Of a DNA stretch of 64,000 bases, positions 18,581-29,283 are shown piece by piece (positions within the stretch are counted from its first letter, which is position 1; every line of letters begins with the position of its first letter). The notes below the pieces were generated by a model, which saw only the letters and a list, made by a program, of their open reading frames with translations, was not told where the DNA came from and ran no database searches. A program made the position numbers and the translations under genes. This DNA comes from Candidatus Poribacteria bacterium (GTDB lineage Bacteria > Poribacteria > WGA-4E > WGA-3G): the NCBI GenBank assembly GCA_965214095.1, contig OZ243938.1, positions 768,001 to 832,000 of the forward strand. Direction: 5' to 3'.

Positions 18581-18823
18581 ATGCAAAATAATTTTCCTAT
18601 TATTTTTCTCATTTTGTCTGCAATACTATTTTCAATCGGACCAGAAATTGGTAGAACACAAAAACCTCCTGTGATTCATGATAGTGTGAAGTTCACAGAT
18701 ATTACAAAAGAAGCTGGTGTCCAATTTCGTGACGAAAATGGGGAAAGTGGAAAGAAATATTTTATTGAAGCAATCAAGAGTTGGTTTGTTCGAATGCATT
18801 GTGATAAAAAACTTAGAAAATAA
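18581..18823 (+). pseudogene. Truncated N-terminus of a CRTAC1/ASPIC-UnbV (FG-GAP repeat)-type secreted protein
   Basis: Signal peptide then VKFTDITKEAGVQF.DENGESGKKYFIE, the typical start of that family, then divergence and early stop. Confidence 0.6.
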
Positions 18824-18973
18824 CATTGAAGGTTATCGTTACTTTTTTAGTTTGACTTTTTTACACATAAAGCGTAAGTTATAAGCGGGATTCCTAATAT
18901 GTGTTGTGTGTATGATCCTTGAAAAGTGTCAAGAAAAGAAAACATAAAATCAAGAAATGAAGTTGCGTTTAGA

Positions 18974-19651
18974 ATGATGACAATTAAATTACGTAGATTA
19001 ATACTCATCTGTTTATGCATGCTCTTGTCTTTAATTGCATCTCAACTATTGTACGCTGGTTCCATATTTTGGGATTTTGATAATGTTGCTAAGGACTGGA
19101 AAGTTGTTAACGGGAATTGGGAAGTAAAGGATGGGGTATATCAAGTCACCAGAGATTTTGATATTGAATATTCACTTGTAGGTGATGAAGATTGGAATGA
19201 TTATACTATTGAAGCAAGAATTCGAATTGATGAGAACAATTGGGCAGGAATTGTTTTTCGGGCAAAAAGCAATATGGAGTATTACGTTTATTACCTGAGT
19301 GTGCTTGATAATAGAACTGAACTTTGGAAACACACTGCAGGAGCATGGGTAAACCGTGAAAAAATAGCACAGATACCTACAGTTGATGGAGTTCAACTAA
19401 AGAATGGTGAATGGTATGAAATGAGACTGGACATCAAAGACGACATCTTTTCGTATTATATTAATGGAAAATGGCAAATGGATAATAGTGACCCTGACTA
19501 CAGTAAAGGTAAAATCGGAGTTTGGGCATGGAAAACTACAGCAAGTGTAGACTATTTTTCTGTAGAGGGAGACAAGATTAAGAACACACAAGATGTTAAT
19601 CCTGCGTCTAAGGTGGCAACTACCTGGGGAACTCTCAAGCGCGTATTCTAA
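18974..19651 (+). CDS. Secreted DUF1080-like / concanavalin-fold protein
   Basis: Signal peptide, W...GNWEVKDG, W.DYTIEA, AGIVFR, GKIG; C-terminal VNPASKVATTWGTLK; start uncertain (ORF open from 18926). Confidence 0.75.
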   Translation: MMTIKLRRLILICLCMLLSLIASQLLYAGSIFWDFDNVAKDWKVVNGNWEVKDGVYQVTRDFDIEYSLVGDEDWNDYTIEARIRIDENNWAGIVFRAKSNMEYYVYYLSVLDNRTELWKHTAGAWVNREKIAQIPTVDGVQLKNGEWYEMRLDIKDDIFSYYINGKWQMDNSDPDYSKGKIGVWAWKTTASVDYFSVEGDKIKNTQDVNPASKVATTWGTLKRVF

Positions 19652-19839
19652 TACCACTACATATATACGCGTTAATTTGCTTCAGAAAAGGGGATTATAA
19701 AACAGCCGAAACATCAATTCGAAAAGTTATTACACTTGATTCAACGAACACAAATTATCAAGAAGGATTGAAACAAATCCAAAAGATAAAGTCTCAACAA
19801 TAATAAAGATGTACGCATAATTAAAGTTTAGAGGTGAAC

Positions 19840-21285
19840 ATGGCATATTCCAGTCTCAGAGAATTTGTAAAAGCACTTGAACGTGCGGATGAACTCAAAC
19901 GCATAAAAACAGAGGTCTCACCGGACCTTGAAATTGCCGAGATTACTGACCGTGTTAGTAAAGCAGAAGGGCCTGCACTGCTATTTGAAAACGTTGAAGG
20001 CAGTGATATGCCGCTGCTGATTAATGCCTTCGGTTCGTATTCACGAATGGCGATGGCACTCGGTGTGGACGACCTATCCAGAATTGCCTATGAAATTGAA
20101 GGGATGATCAAGATCGGACCGCCTGAGTCACTGCTGGACAAGGTAAAAATGCTACGTATCCTATCTCAACTTACTAACTTCCCACCCAAAACAGTCAAAC
20201 GTGGTGTATCTCAAGAGGTAGTTTTAACAGGTGAAAATGCTTCGTTAGACAGACTACCATTGATCAAGTGTTGGCCAATGGATGCTGATAAATATATCAC
20301 TTTACCACAAGTATTCACCCACAGTCTAAAAACTGGACAACGCAATGTCGGCACATATCGCCTACAGAAACTAAACCCACACGCATTAGCCATGCACTGG
20401 CAGATACATCATGACGGAGCAGCACATCATCGAGAATACAGACAGGCGGGAGAACAGATGCCAGTCGCAATCGCAATCGGGGGAGATCCGATTATGTCAT
20501 ATATCGGCACAGCACCCCTGCCTTCAGGTATTGACGAACTCCTATTCGCAGGCTTCCTACGAAAAGCAAATGTTGAGATGGTAGAAGCAAAAACGATAGA
20601 TATGAAGGTTCCCGCAGAGGCTGATATTGTGATTGAAGGATTTATCGAACCCGATGAAACTTGTATTGAAGGACCTTTCGGCGACCACACAGGCTTCTAT
20701 TCTATGCCAGATGAATACCCAGTTTTCCGTATCACAGCCATCACGCACCGAAAAGACCCGATCTATCAAACCATCATCGTAGGTAAGCCTCCGATGGAAG
20801 ATTGCTACATGGGCAAAGCAACCGAACGCATTTTTATGCCCTTGATAAAAACACAACTCCCTGAACTTGTTGATATGAATCTGCCTTTATTCGGTGTATT
20901 CCACAACTTTGCCTTGATTTCAATAGACAAACGCTATCCATACCAAGCCAAAAAGATGATGCATAGTTTCTGGGGACTTGGTCAACTCATGTTTAGTAAA
21001 TTCATTATCATTGTTGATAAGGATGTAGATGTTCAAAACGTTGAGGAAGTCCTATTTTATGTCGGTAGCAATGTTGACCCAAAACGGGATGTGACAATCG
21101 TTGAAGGTCCCGTTGATGTGCTTGACCACGCCGCACCCCTGCTCGGTGCCGGTTCCAAGATGGGTATTGATGCCACAACAAAATGGCCTGAAGAAGGATA
21201 CCACCGTGATTGGCCCCCAGAAATTCAGATGTCCGATGAAATCATTGAACTCGTCAATGAACGTTGGAAGAAATACGGTCTGTGA
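19840..21285 (+). CDS. UbiD-family (menaquinone-pathway type) prFMN decarboxylase
   Basis: LEIAEITDR, GPALLFENV, RNVGTYR, EGPFGDHTG, GKPPMED, LDHA...GSKMGIDAT. Confidence 0.92.
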   Translation: MAYSSLREFVKALERADELKRIKTEVSPDLEIAEITDRVSKAEGPALLFENVEGSDMPLLINAFGSYSRMAMALGVDDLSRIAYEIEGMIKIGPPESLLDKVKMLRILSQLTNFPPKTVKRGVSQEVVLTGENASLDRLPLIKCWPMDADKYITLPQVFTHSLKTGQRNVGTYRLQKLNPHALAMHWQIHHDGAAHHREYRQAGEQMPVAIAIGGDPIMSYIGTAPLPSGIDELLFAGFLRKANVEMVEAKTIDMKVPAEADIVIEGFIEPDETCIEGPFGDHTGFYSMPDEYPVFRITAITHRKDPIYQTIIVGKPPMEDCYMGKATERIFMPLIKTQLPELVDMNLPLFGVFHNFALISIDKRYPYQAKKMMHSFWGLGQLMFSKFIIIVDKDVDVQNVEEVLFYVGSNVDPKRDVTIVEGPVDVLDHAAPLLGAGSKMGIDATTKWPEEGYHRDWPPEIQMSDEIIELVNERWKKYGL

Positions 21286-21299
21286 TTGCTATCCTATCC

Positions 21300-21400
21300 G
21301 AATGACATATATATGATACCACATTACTTGAATAAAATTAAGGCTTTTGGCAGTGTTTCATCCCAAGTCTAAAGACTTGGGCTTCACACCGCAACGTTTG
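21300..21400 (-). mobile_element. Solo left end of an IS200/IS605-family element (remnant; distal boundary approximate)
   Basis: Minus strand TTAC|CAAACGTTGCGGTGT-GAAG-CCCAAGTCTTTAGACTTGGG: cleavage site, 15 nt, guide, hairpin as in IS608 left end. Confidence 0.7.
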
Positions 21401-21474
21401 GTAAACATTTTAATTGTTTCTGTAGTTATATCATCCACATATTCGTTTATATTTAATACATTGGAGTAAAAAAA

Positions 21475-22548
21475 ATGGCAGAAACAATTTACGATGTTGC
21501 TGTGATTGGTGCTGGTCCAGCTGGAACGCAAGCAGCAGTATCTGCAAGTCATCAGATGCGGCATGTGTTAGTGCTACATTCAGGTAAAGTTAGTTTCAGT
21601 CGTGGTAGAGCATATTGGTCTAAGTCGGTTGAAATTGAAGATGCCCCTGTCTTTCCCGGCATAATCGGCCCACATTTCGCTAAAGAACTCATGAAGTGGA
21701 TGGAAAGCAGACCGGTAATGGATTTTATGCTCGGAGAAGAACATCGGAAGACAGGAATTGATGTCAGAGACGGCATGGTTACCTGTCTAACACAAAACAA
21801 CGGTATCTTTGAATTAGAGGCATCAACAAAAACCATAAAGAAAGACAACTCGCTACAAATTGAACATTTCAAATCTCGTACCGTCGTCGTTGCATCCGGT
21901 TTTGATGACAAATGGCCCGATATAGAATTCCAAGCAGATGCTGAACGATTATATAAGCAGTATGCTACCGTGTTCCGTTATGCTGGAAATCGTAAAGGAT
22001 GGCACGTCTGTATCCGATGCGATGGACACCTGCATGTTAATGAACATTTAGCACTACTCGGAGTTGGCGACTATATCTATGAAGCAGCGATTGGCGCACA
22101 GGATTTCACCGACAAAATCACTATCCTTACCAATGGACGACCCCATGGGATGTCTCCCCCAATTCTAAATCAAATTAAAGAGAGAAACATCCAAATCATT
22201 GAAACAAAGATAAAGCAGCATATCGGAGAAAAAACCGATCTACTCGGTTTTGAAATGGATGATGGATCAGAGTTATTCTTCCACGGATTTCTCGTTGATG
22301 AAGGCTTAATACCAAATACAAAGTTCTTGGATGGATGGGTTTACCAAAAGGACGAGGAAGGTTTGATCATCGCAAATGAAGATATGCAAATGTTGGACAC
22401 AGATGGAGAACCAATTCCTGGTCTCTTTGCTGCAGGCGATATAATCTCTGGTGAACGAAATCTGATAGCAACTGCCTTCGCACTCGGTCAAGAAGCAGGT
22501 TTATCCGCATCCGACTCACTCCGAAAATGGCATTACCCCAAAGACTGA
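21475..22548 (+). CDS. Thioredoxin reductase-like FAD-dependent oxidoreductase
   Basis: VIGAGPAG, VVASG, CIRCD redox motif, GLFAAGD. Confidence 0.85.
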   Translation: MAETIYDVAVIGAGPAGTQAAVSASHQMRHVLVLHSGKVSFSRGRAYWSKSVEIEDAPVFPGIIGPHFAKELMKWMESRPVMDFMLGEEHRKTGIDVRDGMVTCLTQNNGIFELEASTKTIKKDNSLQIEHFKSRTVVVASGFDDKWPDIEFQADAERLYKQYATVFRYAGNRKGWHVCIRCDGHLHVNEHLALLGVGDYIYEAAIGAQDFTDKITILTNGRPHGMSPPILNQIKERNIQIIETKIKQHIGEKTDLLGFEMDDGSELFFHGFLVDEGLIPNTKFLDGWVYQKDEEGLIIANEDMQMLDTDGEPIPGLFAAGDIISGERNLIATAFALGQEAGLSASDSLRKWHYPKD

Positions 22549-22610
22549 TTATAATGGCGTAGATGCGTTAGTTAACAACATCTATCGCAAATTTCTATAA
22601 GGAATACTCT

Positions 22611-25439
22611 ATGATACCAAACGACAGTTCAAAGACCCTCTATATTATAGACACACTCGCTGAAGTATTTCGTTCATTTTACGCAATCCAAACCCGTTTA
22701 GTAAGCGGTGTAACAGGTGAACCCACCAACGCAATCTACGGGTTTATGACAAGTGTCATGAAGCTGCTGACTGACTACAAAGCAGAATATATTATCGCTG
22801 CAATTGATATGCCCGGCGACACCTTCCGTAATGAGATGTATGAAGAATACAAAGGGCATCGCAGAACCCCACCTGATGACCTTGTTACACAGATTCCTCG
22901 TATCCAACAGGTGCTTGAAACACTGCAAATCCCCGTTATAGGAAAACCGGAACTTGAGGCAGACGATATCATCGCCTCTGTTACCCAATACATTTTGGAT
23001 TCACCTGACACACAAGATGTGCATGTGAGTATTATCTCTAAGGACAAAGACCTTGAACAATTGTTATGTGACCAAGTGACAATGTTAGACTTACGTAAGG
23101 ACGTAACGATTGATGTAGCAGCATTATGGGAAAACAAAGGTATCACACCTGACCAAGTTATTGACACACTTGCACTAATGGGTGATACTTCTGACAACAT
23201 ACCGGGTGTTGAAGGGATCGGATTGAAAACTGCTGCGAAGTTAATCCAAGAGTTTGGCTCTATTGAGAATATCTATGCCAATATTGATCAGATAAAGGGA
23301 AAACGAAGAGAGAATTTAGAGAAAGCACAAGAATATATTTCTCTATCACAACAACTTGTTACACTAAAACGTGATGCTGATTTAGGTTTTTCTATGGAAC
23401 AAGCACGATTCAAAAAACCTGACCTTAGCAAAATCAACCCTTTGTTAGAACAACTTGAACTCAAAAGGTTTTACAATCCGCTTGCCGAACTTGCATCAGG
23501 CAGCACTGTATCAGACCAAGTTAAAACTGAAGTGAAAACTACCCGAAAAGAACGATTAGAGGCAATGGAAAAAGAAAAAGACGCTATCATAGAAGAGGGA
23601 AAATTCACGACCGCAGCATCCGGGGACTACACTGCAATTACGACTGAATCGGAATTGGACGCACTCGCAGAAACACTGACAACGCAACCAATCATCGCTG
23701 TTGATACAGAAACTGATGGACTGTATCGAAATTCAGCACTGTGTGGGATAAGTTTCTCTTGGAAACCGCAGCAGGGTGTCTATGTACCCATCCGTTCCTC
23801 CAATCCTGAAAACCATTTAGATGAAGAAACTGTGATTGCCAAACTCAAACCGATATTAGAAAATCCTGAATTGCCTAAATGTGGACACAATCTGAAGTTT
23901 GATGCAAGCATCTTCATTCGCCACGGTGTTCAATTGCAAGGGGTTGTTTTTGATACGATGTTGGCAAGCCAACTTGTTGACCCACGTCAACCTTCACACA
24001 ATCTGGACAATCTTGCACTGCTACACTTAAATCATAAAATGATTCCACTATCAGACTTGATTGGGAAGGAGGGAGACTCTACATCCATTGACAAAGTACC
24101 TTTTGAAGATGTCACAAGATACGCTTCGGAGGATACAGATGTAGTTCTCCAACTCTATCACTATTTTAAGCCGAAACTTGAGGAAACCGAAACGACTGAA
24201 TTAGTAAGAGAAATAGAGTCACCTCTCGCCCCAATTCTAGCACTCATGGAGTTCAACGGAGTCGTATGTGACACAGAGGAATTGGAGAAGCAGGCCAATG
24301 TAGTGCGACAACTCGTTGTTGAACGCCAAAAAGAAATCCACGATTTAGTCGGCTACGAATTCAATATAGATTCACCATCACGATTGGCTGATATATTGTT
24401 TGATGACATTGGCTTTAAACCTGTTAGACGCACAAAAACTGGGAAGAATTCTACCGATGTAAATGTTCTTGAAGCACTCGCAGCACAAGAGGACATAAAC
24501 AACCCAAAAACATCTGTTCCACGACTGATTATTGAATATCGTCAATACAGAAATCTACAGAGCACCTATCTTGGCAATTTACGACATTCAGTAAATAATG
24601 ATACGAAACGCATTCATACGCATCTCTATCAACTCACGACTGCGACCGGACGACTGAAATCCGATAGTCCAAATCTACAGAATATCCCTATCCGATCAGA
24701 GATAGGTAGACAATTACGAAAGGTATTCATAGCACCGGATGGACATAAACTGATTTGTGCCGACTATTCGCAGATTGAACTTCGTGTTCTGGCACACTTC
24801 AGTTCTGATCCTAAATTGATGGAAATCTTCACTAATGATATGGATATCCATACATCCGTTGCAGCAGAAGTATTCAAGATTGAACCCGATAATATATCAA
24901 AAGAGATGAGAGACAAAGCCAAGATCGTGAATTTCGGTATCATCTACGGCGTTTCACCATCTGGATTAGCACGAAGAATTCAGGGAATGAATGTCAATGA
25001 AGCGAGAGAGTTGATCACTGACTATAAAGCACGTTTTCCGGGTATCAACACATTTTTCCAAAATTGCGTCCAACAAGCATTAGATCAAGGCTATGTGTCA
25101 ACGTTAACAGGTAGACGCCGGGCTATTCCTGAACTCTTTGAACATTCCCAAAGCAGGCAAAATCTCGGAGAACGGTTGGCAATCAATACCGTAATTCAAG
25201 GGACAGCAGCAGACCTCATTAAAGCAGCAATGGTCAAAGTTCAACACAGAATTGATCGTGATCAGTTAGAAATGAAATTACTACTGCAGATACACGACGA
25301 ACTCGTGCTTGAATCCCCCATAGATTTAGTAGAAGAACACGCTGTCATCGTCTCAGAAGAGATGGAAAATGCCTTGAAACTCAATGTACCACTCCGTACT
25401 GAAACAGGTATCGGGGATAACTGGATGGATGCGAAATAA
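22611..25439 (+). CDS. polA: DNA polymerase I
   Basis: 5'-3' exo (EADD, DKD, GDTSDNIPGV), 3'-5' exo (DTET, GHNLKFD), polymerase motifs ADYSQIELR, AKIVNFGIIYG, QIHDEL. Confidence 0.97.
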   Translation: MIPNDSSKTLYIIDTLAEVFRSFYAIQTRLVSGVTGEPTNAIYGFMTSVMKLLTDYKAEYIIAAIDMPGDTFRNEMYEEYKGHRRTPPDDLVTQIPRIQQVLETLQIPVIGKPELEADDIIASVTQYILDSPDTQDVHVSIISKDKDLEQLLCDQVTMLDLRKDVTIDVAALWENKGITPDQVIDTLALMGDTSDNIPGVEGIGLKTAAKLIQEFGSIENIYANIDQIKGKRRENLEKAQEYISLSQQLVTLKRDADLGFSMEQARFKKPDLSKINPLLEQLELKRFYNPLAELASGSTVSDQVKTEVKTTRKERLEAMEKEKDAIIEEGKFTTAASGDYTAITTESELDALAETLTTQPIIAVDTETDGLYRNSALCGISFSWKPQQGVYVPIRSSNPENHLDEETVIAKLKPILENPELPKCGHNLKFDASIFIRHGVQLQGVVFDTMLASQLVDPRQPSHNLDNLALLHLNHKMIPLSDLIGKEGDSTSIDKVPFEDVTRYASEDTDVVLQLYHYFKPKLEETETTELVREIESPLAPILALMEFNGVVCDTEELEKQANVVRQLVVERQKEIHDLVGYEFNIDSPSRLADILFDDIGFKPVRRTKTGKNSTDVNVLEALAAQEDINNPKTSVPRLIIEYRQYRNLQSTYLGNLRHSVNNDTKRIHTHLYQLTTATGRLKSDSPNLQNIPIRSEIGRQLRKVFIAPDGHKLICADYSQIELRVLAHFSSDPKLMEIFTNDMDIHTSVAAEVFKIEPDNISKEMRDKAKIVNFGIIYGVSPSGLARRIQGMNVNEARELITDYKARFPGINTFFQNCVQQALDQGYVSTLTGRRRAIPELFEHSQSRQNLGERLAINTVIQGTAADLIKAAMVKVQHRIDRDQLEMKLLLQIHDELVLESPIDLVEEHAVIVSEEMENALKLNVPLRTETGIGDNWMDAK

Positions 25440-25556
25440 TGGGAAGGAAAAAGAAAATAAAAGGACATCCTTAATTCAATTAGCGAAGATTATCTAACAT
25501 CGTTTATTATTAATGAGTACGTTTTTATACATTACCTAATTTGTAATAAATCAAAT

Positions 25557-25585
25557 TTGACAAATTTGCTAATTTATAGTATACT
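25557..25585 (+). promoter_or_regulatory. sigma70-type promoter upstream of RRM gene
   Basis: TTGACA (25557-25562), 17 nt, TATACT (25580-25585). Confidence 0.6.
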
Positions 25586-25837
25586 GTTTATGTTTATGAC
25601 AAAGTTTGGGAAATGTGACGGTGTCTGCGAAACACGTTATGCGTAGTATTTTGACAGTTTTACGATTGGAACCAGAAGCATTCTTGATGATTGTGCGGCT
25701 TCCGAATAAGATTGATGAGAATCCCGAGTTCATTTTTACCAATCTTAGCACTGCCAAACGCCTGCCTATAGAACATGCTGACAGTACTCAGTTTTCTCAC
25801 ATTCCCGTTTATTTACAATTTCAAAAGGAGAAACGAG

Positions 25838-26137
25838 ATGAACATCTACGTTGGCAATGTGCCCTATGCAGCCACAGAAACAGACTTGGAAGAAATGTTT
25901 GAGCCGCATGGACCACTGGCATCTGTAACAATTATCCGTGACCGCTATGATGGTCGTTCAAAAGGGTATGGATTTGTTGAGATGGAAAACCAAGAAGACG
26001 GTGAACGCGCGATTGAAGCTCTTGACGGCCAAGAAGTAATGGGTCGTCCATTGAAAGTCAATCCAGCACGTCCACGCGAACGTCGCTCAGAACCCCGATA
26101 CCAAAACCAAAACCGAAGCCGCTACGAAGAAGAGTAA
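25838..26137 (+). CDS. RRM-domain RNA-binding protein
   Basis: RNP2 IYVGNV and RNP1 KGYGFVEM; AAGGAG RBS before ATG 25838. Confidence 0.93.
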   Translation: MNIYVGNVPYAATETDLEEMFEPHGPLASVTIIRDRYDGRSKGYGFVEMENQEDGERAIEALDGQEVMGRPLKVNPARPRERRSEPRYQNQNRSRYEEE

Positions 26138-26190
26138 TCAAACACGGTGAGGAATTCCTCACTACATTTTAGATAACACTTCTCGAAGTT

Positions 26191-26228
26191 ATTATGCTCC
26201 TGTTGTTGTAAAACAACAGGAGCATAAT
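26191..26228. terminator. Hairpin between convergent genes
   Basis: ATTATGCTCCTGTTGTT / AACAACAGGAGCATAAT perfect stem. Confidence 0.75.
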
Positions 26229-26296
26229 GCCTTAAACAGTTGTGGATTCCTTCCTCTTTCCTTCATTCTTCCTAATCACCATTCACCACTACAATA

Positions 26297-28147
26297 TCAC
26301 GCACTCAAACCAAGTTCCTTACTCAGTTCCATCAAGCGATTATTTATCTTTGTCTTGTCTATCTTGTTATCTTCAACGAACTCTTGGTATGGACGTGGGA
26401 GTCTGTCCGGTATCATAGCACGAGAATTTGCCTCTTGTAGTGCTAACAAAGACATAAACATCTGCATCTCAGCAGAATGATCAGGCATATAATCCGCTAC
26501 AACCTGACGCAAATCCTCTTCTATAAAGGTATTGCGATTCTTGCGTTTAGCTAAATTATGACTACGGTTCGCTATCTGCGCAAGATCACCGACACTCACA
26601 CCGCGTAACTTCTGATCTCTTGCTATCTCTTGGAAATTCATCTCTTCGCGTGTGTGAAGTCTGCAAAAGAACTGTAGAATACCTGCGCGACTCTCACGCA
26701 TAGGTGGAAGAAGTACCAATTTATGGTTAAATATCTCTGGTTTCCGAAAAATCGGCGGCATCAAATCGGGACGACTGCATGTACCAACCCATATTACTTT
26801 TCCGTGTAAAGAAGCATCACTGATTGCATTTGTTAACAGAATAGGGAAACCGTGTTCCCTACTGCCTTGCTGCATTCCTGTATGGGGAGATGCACTTTCA
26901 ACTTCATCCATAAAAACTACTACAGGAGCAAGTCCCCTTATAAAATTGATGGCAGAATTCAAATTTCTTTCGTAACTATTCCCATTCTCACTAATAGTGA
27001 GTGTTACTTCGCTTACTTGACTTGCATAACGGAGTTGAACAAACGCCATGTTTGTCTGTCCAGCAAGCATTCGTGCCGCAAACAGGTTCCCGTTTCCTGT
27101 TGGACCAAGCATCAGAATCCCACGCGGCACACGTTTCATATCATTCTCTTTTAATCCTTCGGCAACGTCTTCAATCACTCGTGTGATATGACTTGACCAA
27201 TGTTGTTTCGGTTCCATTAAGGGTTCATTCACCTCAATTATTCCGTGGCTAAATGTCCTGACGCTTTGCCTTCGATAGTTGACGAGTAGAGGTCCTTCTA
27301 CTTTCTGTTTTATGGATGCAGCGTGCCGAACCAAATCATGTATACCAAAGAGATTCAGACCGGAAGTATCTCGGGCTAATGTTTGTCTATCCCGATCATT
27401 ACCCAGATTTAAGTTCACTTGAACTTTTTGGTCTGGATTATCTTGGTGTGAAATCTCCTGAGGTATTTGAGCCAAGTGATTAATAAACTTCAAACGTTCA
27501 TCATAGTCTGGAAAAGGAATTTCAACAATAGGTATTTCCTGATTCACAAGAAAATGTGGATGAATGTCGTAGGTATTCTGTGTGAGAAGTAAGATGATGT
27601 GTTTCTTTCTACGAATTTCCAGGTCTGCTGCCCAATTCTGTAATTGAAATAGGAAATATTGTTGATTGTCTTTTGCTGCACCTTCAAAAACGGGATCACT
27701 CGGGGCAATTTGCTCCAAGTGATTGATAACTAAACCTACTCTTACCCTATCCTGTTTCAGGAGTTCATGCATCTTATTTGCTAAATCTTTCGTCGGTATC
27801 GGATCACTTTTGTAAAATGGATCCTCATGTAGTTTATTGAGTGCAAGCGTGCTGTTTATTCGCTTTCTATGTTCTGTCTCATCGGGGACTGCCTGTTCTT
27901 TTGGAATGAGTCCTAATATTTTCTGAGTATCTACCCACCGACCCGTCCCTGGCCACATAAACCCTTGCGTAGCATTATAGCCGAGAACTAAACGACACCC
28001 GAGAACATTCATCTGTTCCATCAAGTAGTCCAGCGCGGGCAAATAACCGAAATGTTCGTCAAATTGCAAATCGCCAACATTAAAATGTAGCAAGAATTGA
28101 TGTGCTGCAGCAACCTTATATTGTGATTCTATCTTCTCCCAAAACAT
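26297..28147 (-). CDS. AAA+ ATPase-family protein with two AAA-like modules, degenerate Walker A
   Basis: PRGILMLGPTGNGN, APVVVFMDEVE, SRPDLM, PFPDYDERL. Confidence 0.75.
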   Translation of the reverse strand: MFWEKIESQYKVAAAHQFLLHFNVGDLQFDEHFGYLPALDYLMEQMNVLGCRLVLGYNATQGFMWPGTGRWVDTQKILGLIPKEQAVPDETEHRKRINSTLALNKLHEDPFYKSDPIPTKDLANKMHELLKQDRVRVGLVINHLEQIAPSDPVFEGAAKDNQQYFLFQLQNWAADLEIRRKKHIILLLTQNTYDIHPHFLVNQEIPIVEIPFPDYDERLKFINHLAQIPQEISHQDNPDQKVQVNLNLGNDRDRQTLARDTSGLNLFGIHDLVRHAASIKQKVEGPLLVNYRRQSVRTFSHGIIEVNEPLMEPKQHWSSHITRVIEDVAEGLKENDMKRVPRGILMLGPTGNGNLFAARMLAGQTNMAFVQLRYASQVSEVTLTISENGNSYERNLNSAINFIRGLAPVVVFMDEVESASPHTGMQQGSREHGFPILLTNAISDASLHGKVIWVGTCSRPDLMPPIFRKPEIFNHKLVLLPPMRESRAGILQFFCRLHTREEMNFQEIARDQKLRGVSVGDLAQIANRSHNLAKRKNRNTFIEEDLRQVVADYMPDHSAEMQMFMSLLALQEANSRAMIPDRLPRPYQEFVEDNKIDKTKINNRLMELSKELGLSA

Positions 28148-28331
28148 GCTAACTCTCCAAGTAATACCAAAGTTTAATAGGATAATAACCGATACTGAAT
28201 GTCATGCCTCTGTCAAATAGAATACCACATGAACCATTACAAAGTCAAACGATTCAGATTGACAATAAAGCCGAAAAATGATACGTTATACCTGCTATAC
28301 AATAATCTATAATTTGGAACACACATAAATA

Positions 28332-28979
28332 ATGACAAAAGAGGAAACATATAAACCGATTATCATTGGAATTATGGGTGGGTCAGCATCGGGCAAAACT
28401 ACCTTCGCCACTGCCTTGTCAGAACAACTTTCTGAGTATTCACCTATTACATTACACCAAGACTTATATTTTAGAGATTGGTCAGAATTCTCATCTGAAG
28501 AACGAGAAAAGGTGGTAACAGCCAATCATCCAGATGCTGTCCGTTGGGATGTATTAATTTCGGATGTAGAAAAGTTACGAGCATATAATCCTATTGAGAC
28601 ACCGGCACCCGGCACACGTGCTGCAAGTCGTGGTGATGAAATGAAAACAACACAACCCTCTCCAGTGGTGATTGTTGAAGGACACCTAATCTATTGGAAT
28701 GAACAACTTCGAGATCTAATTGATATGAAGTTATTTCTTGATGTAGATGCACATGAACGTGTGCTCAGACGTTTGCTCCGTGATGTTGGTACACGCAGCG
28801 CAAACCTTGAAAGTGCAATCAGTTGGTACCGACGTGACGTACTCCCTAATTTCCCCATATACACAGAACCTTGCAAGCAATACGCCGACTTGATTATCCC
28901 CTTCCTCAACGATAATCCTATAGCACTACAGACAGTTGTCGCAGGTATACGTGCAATACTTTCTGATAGAAAACAATAG
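28332..28979 (+). CDS. udk: Uridine kinase family protein
   Basis: IIGIMGGSASGKTT, NHPDA, VIVEG, RLLRD, PCKQYADLIIP. Confidence 0.85.
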   Translation: MTKEETYKPIIIGIMGGSASGKTTFATALSEQLSEYSPITLHQDLYFRDWSEFSSEEREKVVTANHPDAVRWDVLISDVEKLRAYNPIETPAPGTRAASRGDEMKTTQPSPVVIVEGHLIYWNEQLRDLIDMKLFLDVDAHERVLRRLLRDVGTRSANLESAISWYRRDVLPNFPIYTEPCKQYADLIIPFLNDNPIALQTVVAGIRAILSDRKQ

Positions 28980-29020
28980 ATCGCATCATATCATACCTAC
29001 TCATTATCAAATAGGTGTTT

Positions 29021-29045
29021 GTAGTCGCACAATTCATTGCGCCTC
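29021..29045 (+). repeat. GTAG REP family B
   Basis: GTAGTCGCACAATTCATTGCGCCTC; upstream flank also matches reverse complement of 50401-50422. Confidence 0.75.
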
Positions 29046-29283
29046 TTCAGAAACTTAGATGATAACGACACTCAATACGATAGATTTTAAACACCTTCTC
29101 AATATGCCTGTTTGACACATACCCTATATCATTATGACATAGATTGTCATTGTGGCAGATAGGCACTTCTCTCATTACACATCAACATTTCGGATTATCC
29201 ACCAAGAATTACATTTGAAGAACCTTTGTGTTTGTCTATTGTTACTGCTACTGATAGATATATGTAGAGATTCATTTTGTGTT

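Noticed and set aside
25606-25902. 98-aa ORF over the RRM leader; riboswitch considered
   Set aside because: Overlaps the real RRM start in another frame; leader does not match riboswitch consensus sequences I can recognise
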